From Girardia tigrina (taxonomy: Eukaryota), in NCBI GenBank assembly GCA_001938485.1, contig MQRK01174037.1, positions 1 to 52,254 of the forward strand: a DNA stretch of 52,254 nt, written 5' to 3'. Below are positions 12,521 to 26,635 of the stretch, one piece after another (the stretch's first letter is position 1; the number at the start of each line of letters is the position of its first letter). The notes beneath the pieces are model-generated. The model was not told where the DNA came from. It made no database searches and worked only from the letters and a program-made list of their open reading frames with translations. The translations under genes were made by a program, and so were the position numbers.

Positions 12521-14247
12521 TTGATTTAATTTGATTAAGCAATAACGGTGAACGATAAACGCATTAAAATATTAAATAAACGAAAAAATTAAATTAGTTT
12601 TTGGGAGACTAATCAACGAAAGCCATCATTATTAAATTGCTTTTTTTAGTAGAAACCAATATAATTGAATACCATTAAAATAAAATTACAGTCAAACGAT
12701 ATATAATGGCTTAAAATTTTATATTTTTTCATATAATGAGATACTAGAATATTTCTACAATTATCACTAAATTTGATGGAAGATCGATTCCGATCAGAAA
12801 ATGGAGAACAAAGTTCTAAATCATCAACATCATCCACGGGATACGTTATGAGGAGTTTTTACCAGACAACAAGAAATAAAAACTTCATTTTTTATGTTTA
12901 AATAAGTTACAATTAATAAGTTATAAACAAGAGCAAAAAAACTTATTTGTGGAAAAAATTACATTTATTTTTAAAATTTTCTGTTACATTTACACATTCA
13001 AACAATTTAAAATATTCCTCACATAATGAATGTTTAGAAAATGTTAAACTATAAAACTTTATTAAACGTTTTCTATCTTTTATGAGTTTTGGTAAACGCA
13101 TTTAATGGAACAAATGATATCTACAGCGGGAGCGACATTGAGTAAAAATGAGTAAGATTATAAATACGAGAAATTCGAAAAATAGAATATTCAAACAAAA
13201 CATAAAAACGCAATTCCAACAACTTTAATCTACATGATACTTATACTTTCACAACCATTTATAATTTTTGATATGAATTCAATATTTTAACATTTACTGA
13301 TTCTATTTTTATTAAAAATAATCCTGCAAAATAAGGAAGTTTTGTAATGATTAATTATGTTTTTATATTTAATTAATATTTGTTGTTTTAACAATTTTCA
13401 TAACGAGTGTGAGCCAAAATTTTAATTGTCGTGTGGATAATCAAAAATTTAGTTGTTATAAGCTATCGGGGAAAATGATTATCATTATACTTCTAGCCGT
13501 GATCACTACAGAGTGAAAAAAGATCGATTCCGATCAAGGAATGATAAAATATACAATCAGAAGGATGATTAAGTAAAGAGTATTTTAAAAAAGACTTTTA
13601 ATCTAAAAAAATTGATAAATATGAACGATTAATAAATCAAAAGCAAAGAAATTGTGAAACTGTGGCCGAAAATTGCTCCGACATAAACAGTCTCGCAATG
13701 AGAGTCTACAACGCAGCTATATGCAGATTTTCCCAAAATCTCTAACTCTAGTATGAATAAGAAACCTAAAAGTGAGCTATATTTGCTTCCAAAGATGTCA
13801 AAATTTAGTAGAGAATTGTTAAAAATTGTAATAAAAACTTTTTTGTATGAGATCTTAATTGATCGCATAATAAACTAATATTACAAGATGTCATGATAGT
13901 TTTAATATTGATTATGTTAACACTTTTAAAGTCACATGAGCGCTATGCTATAAGGGATAAAGAAAAGTTCTACGTAGCCGGAAAAGAAACATTAATGTAA
14001 TATGATTCAAATTTGTGCATCAGAGTCACTTTGGTAACAAATGCTGAAATGCATTAAAATGTAAATTATGTAAATGACATTCTTTTAGTAATTGTTACTT
14101 AAAGAACAAAGAAGTAAATATTTCGCATTAAATGCCGGAAGTACTCCTTGATCCAAGCTAATTACTCGGTCTCTTATCATTACTGACTAAATTTAACACT
14201 TTAATTCATATCATGATGTATGGGCTAACAATTGAAATTCTATAAAA

Positions 14248-14288
<41 letters not shown>

Positions 14289-14355
14289 AGTCTTGTGAAC
14301 GCAAGTTTAGTATTTCGAAAATATAATTTGATTAAAGCTTTTTTTTGATATTCGG

Positions 14356-14478
14356 ATGAAGAATATTAAATTTACCACAGAATTGGAAGTAGATAATAAA
14401 CTTCCCTTTCTGGACATTCTTGTCACTAGGATGAATGGAGGCTATAAAACTGAATTATTCAGAAAGGCAACAGATACA
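14356..14478 (+). mobile_element. Penelope-like element RT C-terminal fragment running into the gap
   Basis: NIKFTTELEVDNKLPFLDILVTRMNGGYKTELFRKATDT matches the PLE motif IKFTxExE...LPFLD...T.VYRKPT. Confidence 0.85.
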
Positions 14479-15331
14479 NNNNNNNNNNNNNNNNNNNNNN
14501 NNNNNNNNNNNNNNNNNNNNNNNNNNNNNNNNNNNNNNNNNNNNNNNNNNNNNNNNNNNNNNNNNNNNNNNNNNNNNNNNNNNNNNNNNNNNNNNNNNNN
14601 NNNNNNNNNNNNNNNNNNNNNNNNNNNNNNNNNNNNNNNNNNNNNNNNNNNNNNNNNNNNNNNNNNNNNNNNNNNNNNNNNNNNNNNNNNNNNNNNNNNN
14701 NNNNNNNNNNNNNNNNNNNNNNNNNNNNNNNNNNNNNNNNNNNNNNNNNNNNNNNNNNNNNNNNNNNNNNNNNNNNNNNNNNNNNNNNNNNNNNNNNNNN
14801 NNNNNNNNNNNNNNNNNNNNNNNNNNNNNNNNNNNNNNNNNNNNNNNNNNNNNNNNNNNNNNNNNNNNNNNNNNNNNNNNNNNNNNNNNNNNNNNNNNNN
14901 NNNNNNNNNNNNNNNNNNNNNNNNNNNNNNNNNNNNNNNNNNNNNNNNNNNNNNNNNNNNNNNNNNNNNNNNNNNNNNNNNNNNNNNNNNNNNNNNNNNN
15001 NNNNNNNNNNNNNNNNNNNNNNNNNNNNNNNNNNNNNNNNNNNNNNNNNNNNNNNNNNNNNNNNNNNNNNNNNNNNNNNNNNNNNNNNNNNNNNNNNNNN
15101 NNNNNNNNNNNNNNNNNNNNNNNNNNNNNNNNNNNNNNNNNNNNNNNNNNNNNNNNNNNNNNNNNNNNNNNNNNNNNNNNNNNNNNNNNNNNNNNNNNNN
15201 NNNNNNNNNNNNNNNNNNNNNNNNNNNNNNNNNNNNNNNNNNNNNNNNNNNNNNNNNNNNNNNNNNNNNNNNNNNNNNNNNNNNNNNNNNNNNNNNNNNN
15301 NNNNNNNNNNNNNNNNNNNNNNNNNNNNNNN
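14479..15331. other. Assembly gap, followed by (TA)n
   Basis: Run of N characters. Confidence 1.
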
Positions 15332-15368
<37 letters not shown>

Positions 15369-17948
15369 AGTTGATTGTTAATATTATATTTCACAGTGAT
15401 AAAATAATGATATTTTGAACGTAAGATTGGTCCAATGAAGTTTACTTTTTCTTCGCTAGTTCAACCATTTATAAGAAAACTTCGTCCTGTTTTCGATTTC
15501 ATAAGTATAAATAAGTATGGATACATTTATATTGAAGTATAGGGGTCATTTCTAAAAAACTTCGGAATTTGAGAAAAATTCTGACAATTGTGCAATATGA
15601 AATCTGAAGGATGCAAATATACAAGTGAATATAAAGGAAGAAATGCTGTCCTATCAAACAGTATTCTATAAAATAAGAAATGTGACTTAACCATGAAGTT
15701 TTATCATTGAAAGGTGAGACCAATGGTATTGAAAAATAATGGAGAAAGTTTTGTCAATGCATCATGACATCAGTAGAGCGACACAGTGTGTATGTAGAGG
15801 ATAACCTCAAAACATTTTAATAAATTTAGAACAATCTTAAACAACAGTGAAAAATTTCAAGAAAATAAGTGAGTCATAGGCATGAAACTATATCGAGATG
15901 GTTATGATGTGTTTCGTTTGAAGCGGGCAAATAATTTCAACTTAAATCAAAATGATATAAAATACAAGATGAAGTTTATATTCTTCCTGTGATCAAATCA
16001 TAGATATTAACATCGTTTGTAGGTAGTTAAGAAACACAATTGTGTATCTCAAATGGCAATCTTCCAGCGATTGAGATAGTCAGAACGCAATGATAAAAAT
16101 CAAACAATACGTGACATAATTGAGAAGGTAAAGGGTATTTCAGAAATCTAGCTATCTTGCGAAAGAACTGAATACTTATTTCAAATATCTTACTGTTACT
16201 GATTGTGAATCATCAACGTATTCAATATGGAGAAAATCATGGAAATATTTTCTATGGTTGTGGAACTCAAATAGATTCTAGGTAACAATTATTCAACTAA
16301 AGAAATAAAAAGATCAAAAAATAATATATTGATTTTTCTCTTCAAATATTTTAAAACTTAAATGGGGAAAAAATAACAGTGCTGTATAAAATATGATTAA
16401 ATAAAATATTTGTAAATACAAAAATAAAACTTCAAATTTTAAAAAAGTATGTAAAACATACATTTTATATAGTATTTAATGTCACATTAATGCTAATGAT
16501 TAATTAAAAAAAATATGAAAGAAAATTGTAATATTATAGAAATTAATTTTTTTATAAAAAGTTTAATTGTTAACAAAACAAACAAGACTCTTTTTCTCGA
16601 TAGTCAATCAGACTCTCGACTGTTAATTAATTATTAAACACAATTTTCTAGGATATTAACAATAATATTTCAAAGATGTTACTTTACTTTTAACTGTTAT
16701 AGAAGAATGTTAACTGTTATTTCTTAAAGATGAATTCAATTAATAAATAATAGTTCGCATTTTATATTACTTTTAAAAGAAAGTTATAATAATATTATTT
16801 TTATTGAAAAGTATAGGATGTAATACGAAATAAAAGGTAAAGCACTTTCACATGTAAACGAAATGCTCAGTAATTCACGTGTTGATTAATTGAATATCAT
16901 TTCAAGTGTCTCAAATCAATATTGTTAAGTTCTTGATCAATTTGTTTGATTTTATTTCTATAACAATTAACTATTTTTAAACAAATTTCGGATGAACATT
17001 TTATTTTGTACAAACCAGTATTAAATATAAATATCGATACAAATTTTAATTTTATAAATTGATATTTATTGTTTAAAACAGATTTGATTACTTATCACAC
17101 CCTTTTGTTAAATTTTATTATGTCTTTCATATTCAATTTTGTGAGGGATAATTGTGAATGTTGTAAGTTTGTTGTTTTTATGCTGTTTAGATTTGTGACT
17201 CTCCTACTCAGATGGGATTGATATGTTATTTGATTAATTATTTGAATCTAATGATATTAATTTAATGATATTAAATTAAAGTACTAATTAATTAAAGTTT
17301 GATAATTATGAATTTTAATAATATTTTCAGTAAACGATTTTAACTTATTAAATTTAATATTTTTAAAAATTAATGTTTATTTTAAAAATTACATAATGTA
17401 TTTTTATCCAATAAAAATTAAGAGAAATTAAAATGTAATATTAATATTTCCCCATTCATTAATTTTTTCATATTTAAGTAGTTAGTCAAAAACTATATTA
17501 ATCAAAGAAAGATGACCATTGACAATTGTTGTGAAGAATCTGTGTGTGTTGTAAATAAATGTTTGCATTCAAATTGTGATGTTGTTAATAAATTTATTAT
17601 AATTTTTTATTAACGTAAAATTTACTTTAATTGTAACTTATAATTAAACATTAAATTTCATATATTCGAATTTAGTTTCGTAACGTTAATCCTAATTTTA
17701 AATATTCAATTTTGATATTTGATTTTATTTCTTCATTAAATAATATTAAATTACAATCTGATTTTAAGTTACATTAATCCTAAAAAAATTATATTCAAAT
17801 GAAATTCAATTATTGGTAAAAATACACTTTCTTGATTATCATCAAAACAAAAAAGTCATTTGCAGGGTCTCAATTGAAATTGTTTTTTAAAAATTGAATT
17901 ATGTTTAGTAAAAACTAATTGTAAAATTATATAAGAAATATAACATAC

Positions 17949-19240
17949 TTTGTTATATTATTTTCTTCTAAAAATGTCAGAAACTTATTGCAAATTTCAT
18001 GAATTTCTTCAGTTTTATAATCTACAAGGCACCCTGTGCTAATTAATCTTCCTAAAACAGATCCACTATAAACACGAGGAACATCTAAATGATCTCGGTA
18101 AGTAAATGTACAATCTTTAATTAAGAAAAACCTGTTATATCTTCCGCTTGTGACCATGAATGAGCTTGACAATTTGTTGAAACTTTAAATGGAACTTGAA
18201 GTAAACAATTTTTGTTGGATACATCAAATTTCAAAGCTTCTATTATTAAGTCACAAAATTTTTCTACAGACCTAAAAATTAAAAAAAATATTAACTCAAA
18301 ATAATAATTAAAATTTATTGTACAATAAAAACGTAACCTAAAAGACTTTTTTTGATTCCTAATGTTATCTTTTATTTACTAAGAAAATGAAAGAAAATTT
18401 CGAAAACTAAAGGTAATGTGTTTGTGTTGCGAAATTTTAAATAATATAATGCCTTTGATGTTACATTAGTGGATAATAGGAAAACAAACTTCAGTCGTTC
18501 TATATTATATTTATTTAATTATCTTTTTGATAATAATGATTTTCTCTATAAACGATAATTTTGAATAAATAACTATAAAACTAATAAATATTAATTAATT
18601 AAGATTTAGTAAATGCTACAACTGACCACAGTTGAATGACTGTCAGTCCCTAATATAAAAATAATATTTTTTAAAATCAAAATACATATTTCAAATTATG
18701 ATGATTGACATTTAAAATATTGATGGAAACAAAATATAATCATTTTTTAAAATTTCTTCGTTTTTTAATTATTTTTCACAATTGTTTTGCTGTTTATTTA
18801 ATTTACTCTTGCAATGTTTTTATTAATAAAACGACATAATGTATGAAAATGTTATTTTTCATTCACATGTCATTAGTTAAGCTACATAACCGCGAAGGAA
18901 TGTTAATTCGTTGGAAATTATTATTATTTCTCCTATCTCAATGTAACCTATAATTTGTAATTTACTGTATAAAGAATAACTTTAAGTATAATAAAACCAT
19001 TTATAAAATAAGGAATGAAATAAAAAAACTAACTCTTCCTCACTGATATGTGTTTCTTGAAATAAATGTTCAACTATTTGATTAATTAAACGTTTATCAA
19101 TAATATCGACTCTATGTCCATCCTTCGTTTAATAAATCATCTAATTCAGTTACATAAAAAATCCTACCTGGAAAATTCTTAATTTTTCCAAAGGATTTTT
19201 AATCAATGCCTTCAAAGCTCTCGACATTCTTTCTGATTTC
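17949..19240 (-). pseudogene. Three-exon fragment with MA3/MI (eIF4G/PDCD4-type) domain similarity
   Basis: Exons 19168-19240, 19034-19140 and 17949-18271 all have GT-AG sites and compatible phases. Translation ...KRLINQIVEHLFQETHISEEESVEKFCDLIIEAL...HLDVPRVYSGSVLGRLISTGCL resembles MA3 (LDIP...ARLISDGIL). One TAA and at least one frameshift. Confidence 0.55.
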
Positions 19241-19460
19241 CTACAGGTTAAATTAGAAATCAATCATTAAAAAAATATAACTACTAAGACTAAAATATTA
19301 ATTCGCAATTATTAATAGATAGACTTTTAATAAAATATGAAGGTGGATTATATCAAAATAAAAGGCAAAGAGGAAAAGAACTTGATATTAAAAAAAATAA
19401 AATAAAATAAGATTGTAAAAAAGGAATATTGGATTGAAAGCATAAAAACACGCATCCCCC

Positions 19461-19513
<53 letters not shown>

Positions 19514-19587
19514 ATAGTCTCGAAAAATTTATTAGGCAATCATTGATTGTGATACTTATGAGGACCGTTTCTCGTTCTCTTTTGTAG

Positions 19588-20400
19588 ATTATTCGTTTAC
19601 AACTACCGAAAATGTCTACTTGAACGTATATCGATACGATTGAATTCATTTCTGACACGAGTTTCTGAATTTTAGCAACGTATTGCATTTCTTAAAAAAA
19701 AACTTCCAGATTTTCTAATTGCTGTCCGACGATTGGTAATTAACTTTTATCAATTAGTTTTTGATTTAATTAATTTTAACTTTAATAATGTAATTTTAGT
19801 TTTTATATTTTAATTTTAACTTTTATATGTCTTGAATTCGATCAACCATAATCCAATTTCCGCATCACACGTTGATCTATCATCTTCCATTTCTAACAAC
19901 ATTACAGGTTCGTAAATGAGGTCAATCACCGATAACTGAATACAACTGATTTTAGATTACAATATATCTTTTGGCTTTTAATAATTTTCTGACAACGTAA
20001 GATGTTCAGAATTTACTTAAAGGAAGACCATTTCTAACAGTCATGTTGTTAATATAGTTTTGCAACTGGAACAATTGACTTTTTAAAGGTGTTTCGAGTC
20101 GAACACCTTTCCAGTCTGTTTTACTTTTACCAAATTAATATTGTATAGGTTTAGAGATGATGGTGCATACCACTTATATTTCCACATTTACTTTTGATTG
20201 ATTTATCAAAACATTCGATTTTACATATTCCTACACTGCCATCAGTAGACTTTGTAAAATAATTTCACGGTAATTTGTTTGTTTTTCCTTTTCAAAGTTA
20301 ATATTTTTAATAGGTTCTTTGTTGCATACATTAGTAATTATAATAAATAAAGATCTGGCCAAAAGAAAAAAATCTTTGCATTACATTGCAATTGTATTTA
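19588..20400 (+). pseudogene. Five-exon host gene fragment, weak INTS1 C-terminal similarity
   Basis: Exons 19588-19735, about 19836-19907, 19956-20088, 20149-20269 and 20314 onward, with consistent phases and GT-AG introns of 48, 60 and 44 nt. DFLIAVRRL..YHLPFLTTL..LLKGRPFL..LEMM..FIKT..RFFVAYISNYN. About six in-frame stops. Confidence 0.5.
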
Positions 20401-20527
20401 CCTCAATTTATTATCAAAAGACATTTGCTTTCTTGAATTGAAATGAAAGCGATTATTTGAAATAAAATAGGAACAACAAATCTGTATTTACAAGTGAATA
20501 ATATAAGTCTGTAAAATATTATATACC

Positions 20528-20705
20528 ATTTCCAAGACGTTAGTATAATTTTCCAAATCATTATTATAATTTTCCAAATCATTATTATAATTTTCCAAAT
20601 CATTATTATAATTTTCCTAATCATTAGTATAGTTTTCCAAGTAATTAGCATAGTTTACCAAATCAATAGCATAATTTTTCAAACCATTACCATAATTTTT
20701 AAAAT
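20528..20705. repeat. 21-bp minisatellite (ataattttccaaatcattatt), about 8 units
   Basis: Directly visible. Creates the spurious ORF 20403..20651. Confidence 0.9.
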
Positions 20706-20966
20706 ATTCAAAAACGAATATAATTTTTCATTTTTTTCGTTTTGAACTAATTTGAAATATAAATTCAATTTGAAATATAAATTCAATTTTTAAAAATACT
20801 TATTTATTTTATCATTTTTTACTTAAATGTAAATATTTTTACTCCGTATTTCTAACTGAAGTCGAAAACATGTTTTTAATTCGAGAGAACACTTACTAGG
20901 GTCAATGATCCTAATTGACAATCCATATAAGAAGCTATCTTGAGGGAGTCATTTCTGGGTTTGAAT

Positions 20967-22590
20967 CAGCCCCTTTCCGTGACACCTTTTGTGGGGGGGG
21001 GCAGACTCTTATTAAGGGGGCCAGTAGTTCTCGTGTAATAAATGAATACTTATTGAAAACACCCAGTCTGAATGTTTAAATTTCGAATGATTAAGGAAAA
21101 CAAAATAGACCTTTTATCTGGACATTATATTGCGGCATTATTGCCTATATGAAATTATTTTCGCACATTTCCCGAAATAAAGACAAAAATCAATTACAGT
21201 AGCTGCATATTTTATTATGTTTGCACAATGGATAATTGAGCATAGAGAGTACAGACAGTCAGACAGATTTGCTATAACATAGGATGAGTGTAGTAGTATA
21301 CAATAGAAATAATATAGCAATTACATACGGAAGTAAGAAATTATATGCATGAGAGGTTAATGTGACTCAAAATAACTGTAGTCGATGATTTTTCATTTCA
21401 TTAAACCGTCGAAGAAAGTCATCAGATTTGATGTTATTAGGGATGTCACTTTCAAACTACAGCAATACAAGGTTTACTTTACGAGAATGGGTCATAGATG
21501 TACGAAAGGGAGTTAGAACACGAGATAAAGTACTAAAACTCGCCTCACATGTGGTAGTTGTTCTGGCTGTCCCACAGATCCAAACAAAGCGAAATTCTCC
21601 AATTGTGAGTTCATCTTAGATCGTCTTCTTTTCAGTCTCGGTTCCATATCAATATGACTTTTAAATTTCTCAAAAAGAACTTGGAATTCCTCTTCATTAC
21701 AGAGGCTGCGAATGCGCTCTATGACGGCATCCATAACATCACATGCAGATGAAAGATCCATTGCTTGACCCTGTAAGTTATTGTTGGCTGGTTCGAGGAT
21801 GGTCAGCAACGAGAGAACCATGTGTGCAATGAACTGAAACTCCACTTCATTGAATCGATGCAAGAGTCCAGTAGCTTCTAATTGAATATCAATGGAAAAG
21901 CGAGAATCTTCAATACAATCAGAATTGTCTTTTGGACAACTCTCAGCAAAACTCTCGTAATTCGACATCGTTCTAAATTGATAACTTTTAGTTAATGTTT
22001 GTTAATAAATGTTTGTTATTCGAACAAATTTTTCATTATTTTCAGATTTTATTTTTAAAGTTCAAATTTTGTAATTTTAGTATTAATTTTATTTACATAT
22101 TAATTTTATTTGAAAATTATTTTATGGAAAGAAAGAACATTTATTTAATTCAAAACTTAGTTAAAACTATTTATTTTATTTAAATTTTAATATGAAAATT
22201 TGAAAAGATTTAATATTTTTAATGTTTTTATGCTGTATATCTTATGCTGTACTTTAAAATGTAAATTATACTCGAATAATTATTCATCGTGAACATCCAA
22301 AATATCAATTTTCCATCTGGGTGAGAGAAACACATTTCAAAATACTAAACTCAACATACAAAATTCATCAAACCAATTTCAACATACCAAATTTAAAATA
22401 TTCCTCACACTCATCAATGTCATTTCTACTGAAACTGTTACCCCGAAAAGTTAATTCATTTGTCACAAGAAACTTCACGATGTTAACAATTGCGTCGACA
22501 TAATATCGGTTGTTTTTGAATTGTGTTTCATTAATCAAAGTGCAAACTTCCTCTCCTCTTTCACATTCTAGCTGCCTCTCCTTCTTAGTT
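20967..22590 (-). mobile_element. Deleted hAT element (ZMYM1-like/Tip100 group)
   Basis: 22280-22590 gives KNNRYYVDAIVNIVKFLVTNELTFRGN (DUF4371-like). 21513-21968 gives EATGLL..EFQFIAHMV..ILEPANNNLQGQAMDL. C-terminus DDFLRRFNEMKNHRLQLF*. Terminus cagcccc...ggggggggc. AT-rich insert at about 21970-22270. Confidence 0.8.
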
Positions 22591-24250
22591 TTTTATTAGT
22601 TTTATTTTTGTGGTGTAATAATTAATATCTTAATAATCTTTTTCTTTATATTTTAACATAAGACATGTATTTAAAACATGGACATAAGCCAAAGTATTTG
22701 AATAAAATTAAGAAGCAAATAATATTTAAATTTAAGTAAAAAAGTAAATATGAAATAAAATATTTAAATTTTTATAAATTTTTATATTTATATTTTATAA
22801 AAATGAAAAATTCTCAAGTTAAATAAAAAAAATAGTTAAAGTGTGTACGACCAATATTTCAGTCGAAGATCAATTCAAAAACCGGTAATGCAATCTCTAG
22901 AGTCTAGATGGTACCTATATTCTTTATTAGATTGAATTGTTATCCAATGAGTTTCCGAAACATTAATTTCACAAATATGTGATCAATGTTTAGAACAATG
23001 AAATCTAATTCTAGTCAGATAAAAGGATATGTTTAAAAAATAATGTAAATCTTTTATATGTTTTTTAATACACAAATAAGTAAAGTAATGTTTAAGATGA
23101 ATACTTTTTTATTTTCTTTATGAGTGAAAAATAAATAATACCCGCTAAATAAATCGCATGGACAATAATCCGTTTTGTCGTTTGTTTTCTAAATGACAAT
23201 TTAATTAAATAAACAAGTTTTGTAACACTTGAAAAATTACTTTTAACTGGCCAATACAGAATCGACTCATTTTATTTCGACAATCTAAAGGCTTGTTGCT
23301 ACTTGGTTGAAATAAAATACCAAACTTTGTCTAAAAAATATTAATCGAAAATAAATTGAAAACATAAGTAAATTAATTTTTTTAAGTTTTGATTGCACTA
23401 AATAAAAAAAACAATTATTCATTATCTCCATTATTTTATTTAGTAATACAATTCTCGGTTGTAAGGATATTATCAATATTTAAATATTATACAAAGAAAG
23501 ATCTGTCACTATTTTAATTTATTATTAATTAATTATCACATAAGATATTTAATTATGAACTTTTTAATAAACCCTGATTCGCTTCTATATAGAAAATATT
23601 CATTCTTACAGAGAAAAATTTGTTTTTATCTCATATATAAAGAAATAACGAAATTTAAATTCACATTGGCATTTCTTTTCTATTTCGCTGTATTCACAAT
23701 TATAAAAAAAAGTTTTCAAAAGTTCGAAGATACTGTAATCTGATTAGTTGAGATTTTCCTTTGTTACATTATTTTTTTCGAATAAAAGTTGATTTCGACC
23801 TGCCCTTGTGTATGAAGAAGTGTTTTAGAAAGTAAGGCTACATTTGGTCATACCACCTTTAATTGATGCTCGAACAGACACAGAGGTAGTAGAATGGAGA
23901 ACACAGTGCTTTCTCCGATGGTATACTATTTTTTTTTAAAAAAAAGTTGACGTTGATCTATCCTTGTTTATGAATAAAGTTTTATTGCATTTGATCAAAC
24001 TTATTTCAATCGATGCGCGAAGAGACAAACAGCCAATCATCTTTATATATAAGATTGACTATCTGTACATCAATTGAAGATAATATGACCAAATGCTATC
24101 AAACTTTCCACAAACCTTCTTCATACACGTGGACATGTTTTTCTTAAAGTCTGTGCATACCAACGTTTGGGTTATAATAACTTTTTTTTCAATTTTTGAA
24201 ACTTTCAACGCATTTTTCAGTCCATATTATCGTATTATATTTATTCTTAC

Positions 24251-24529
24251 CACACAAACCCTCCAATACTTATATTATATATTTCAACGATGTTGCCTCT
24301 TTTACGATAGTTGACAAGTTGACGGTTCTGCATTTGGAGAAAGTTGCATAATGAATCCGCATAGGAAAGGAGTTGACATATAGATGGTAAATTTTCAGAA
24401 TTTTGGAAACGTAAACTTTGAATTTCTGACAATAGAGCTTTTAACGTTTATCCAAACCATTTTCGCTAAATTGTTGTCAGAAATCGTAATTTTACTTTTA
24501 ATTCTACATATTATCGAATGTCGTCAGCA
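24251..24529 (-). pseudogene. Isolated exon of an unidentified gene
   Basis: ttttctag|...|gtaaga. 92 codons in one frame (ADDIR*YVELKVKLRFLTTI*RKWFG*TLKALLSEIQSLRF...GGFVW) with three stops. Confidence 0.45.
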
Positions 24530-24829
24530 CTAGAAAATCTTAATCAACTGAACTATTTATGCAAATAAAAAAATTCGCAAGTTTTATATATAATTAATTA
24601 AATATAAATATTTTAAAACCAAATAAAAATAAAAATTGTTTTTATTTACGGTCAATTTTTAAGTTGAAAAATTTGTGTGAAATTATTGATGTCTAAGTGT
24701 AACTAACAAATTTTGATTAAAAATATAATTTATTGGATTTGCATTTATCGTCGTTGTATGATTGACCTTCATTTTATTCATTTCTGATTCAAGTAAAAGT
24801 GTTGTTTGAGTGTTGCCGTCTTGCACCTA

Positions 24830-25340
24830 ATAGAGGTGCTTACAGAAGTACCACAATCAGATAGTTAATGGATAAATGGAAAATTGGACAATGTTTTAAG
24901 TCAGCCTATCGACATCAAGGAAACGGGATGTAAAAAAGAAAACATCGAACCAAAAAAACAATGGCAGCGAGATCTAAAAAGATTATTAGTGAATGTATTT
25001 CGGTATAATAGCACAACATGTCATGTTGGGCCGTAAGCATTGATGTTCCGTGTAAAATCTCGACTGTCTGTGATACGAGATGAGTGCCAGAGGAAATGTA
25101 AATTCATTTCAAAATGTAACTGGAATGATGATTTAGACAACATAGAGAAAATTCTTTTCAGTATTGGTAAAAGTCATTGTTTGAGATTCATTGAAAATGC
25201 GATGAACTATTAATTGAGCCACATGTAATAACATTTAAATCCGCAGTTCGGATAGAGTTCGATGACAATGGAATTATACGGCCCATACATCACAACAGAA
25301 GAGCAACAAAAATTCGAGAATCTACTACAGTTGGTTAAAT
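24830..25340 (+). mobile_element. Old gypsy integrase fragment, same family as 29200-31520
   Basis: YNSTTCHVGP*ALMFRVKSRLSVIRDECQRKCKFISKC...PHVI..KSAVRIEFDDNGIIRPIHH aligns by eye to ORFs 29510..30091 and 29199..29513. Confidence 0.8.
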
Positions 25341-25559
25341 ATTTGGTATTATATTTGTTTAAAAATATTATCGATATAAACAAGTAACTTATAAAAATCT
25401 TATTATGAAATTGTAATATAGAAAATGTGCAATAATCAATTTCTTAAAAAAAGCTTTATCCAAATTAGTTATTAATATTGATTATTTTATTTATTGATTA
25501 TTCAATTTATTGATAGATCAAATTACTTTAGACAGGTAACAAAATTTCCTGATAATCCA

Positions 25560-25906
25560 TACGAGGGGTTAATTTTAAATTTTTATCTCGCCTGAATAGT
25601 TTATTATTTTTTTAATTTGAAGGGTAAAATATTTTTATGTTAATTTGCTTATTAAATATTTTAAAAAATTAAAAATTATATAATAAAAGAAAATCATAAA
25701 AAAGTAAAATATTTATTTAAAAATAAAAAATATCTTTANNNNNNNNNNNNNNNNNNNNNNNNNNNNNNNNNNNNNNNNNNNNNNNNNNGAGATAATTAAA
25801 TTAAATTAACAGGAAAATTTGTTTTAGAAATGTGAATTGTTATAGTAATAAATTTTGGTGTTTAAAAAAATGAATTCTGATATAGACGTTGCAACCACCT
25901 CTCACA
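25560..25906 (+). mobile_element. Solo LTR with 5-bp TSD (spans a 50-N gap)
   Basis: tacgagggg...cctctcaca terminal inverted ends. TSD ATCCA at 25555-25559 and 25907-25911. Confidence 0.85.
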
Positions 25907-26635
25907 ATCCAAAAACCCATACGGAAATAATTTTTCTTAACATATTAATATATTTTAATATTTAAAAACCAAATATCATTTGTAAATTTTGAATTTTCTT
26001 ATCTCTTAAATAAATTAAATATGAAATTTAATTTTCTATGTATTATATTTGTATTTTGTGAATGTAAATACAATGTGCAATTATATTATGAAAATAGAAA
26101 TACAGTTAATTAAATAAATAAAATTAACCTTTAATTCAATACAATAAGTAATTCCGTTCGTAAAAACATTGTATTCCAGGGGTAGTCTGGTAAGATCGGA
26201 CTGAATTTCGATAAATTTGGTTTCAATAATTATTCTTTTAAACTTTCTGGAATCTAAAATATGCAAATGTTATCAACAAAATTTTATAACTCTTCATGGT
26301 CCCTAGATCCAATTAAGTCTGTCTAAACCAATAATTAAGAAAGATACGAAATTCTTTGATTTTTACATTTCTTTATTACAAAAATGGACACAATAGAAAT
26401 AATATTATTTATTTCTTTCAAGTTCAACGATCGTATCCATGATTGTACTCAAATTTTTAAAATACAATTTTATATAATATAAAAAATAAAATTATGAATT
26501 AATTAAAAAAGTTACAACTGTAAGAAGTTACGAAATATATTTATAGAGAAATCAATATTTTATCAATAAACCGAAAGAAAAATAAAGTTGTTTTATAAAA
26601 CTTTAATTTATTTAATATATTAAATACTGGAAATA

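Noticed and set aside
14356-15394. Three 310-341 aa ORFs
   Set aside because: Artefacts of translating through the N gap and (TA)n. Only the first ~41 codons (Penelope RT) are real.
20403-20651. ORF with a WKIIIMI repeat
   Set aside because: Translation of the 21-bp minisatellite.
7803-24529. Firm claim of a non-standard genetic code
   Set aside because: All three stop types occur, some fragments also have frameshifts, and the transposons show the same decay. Kept only as a testable alternative.
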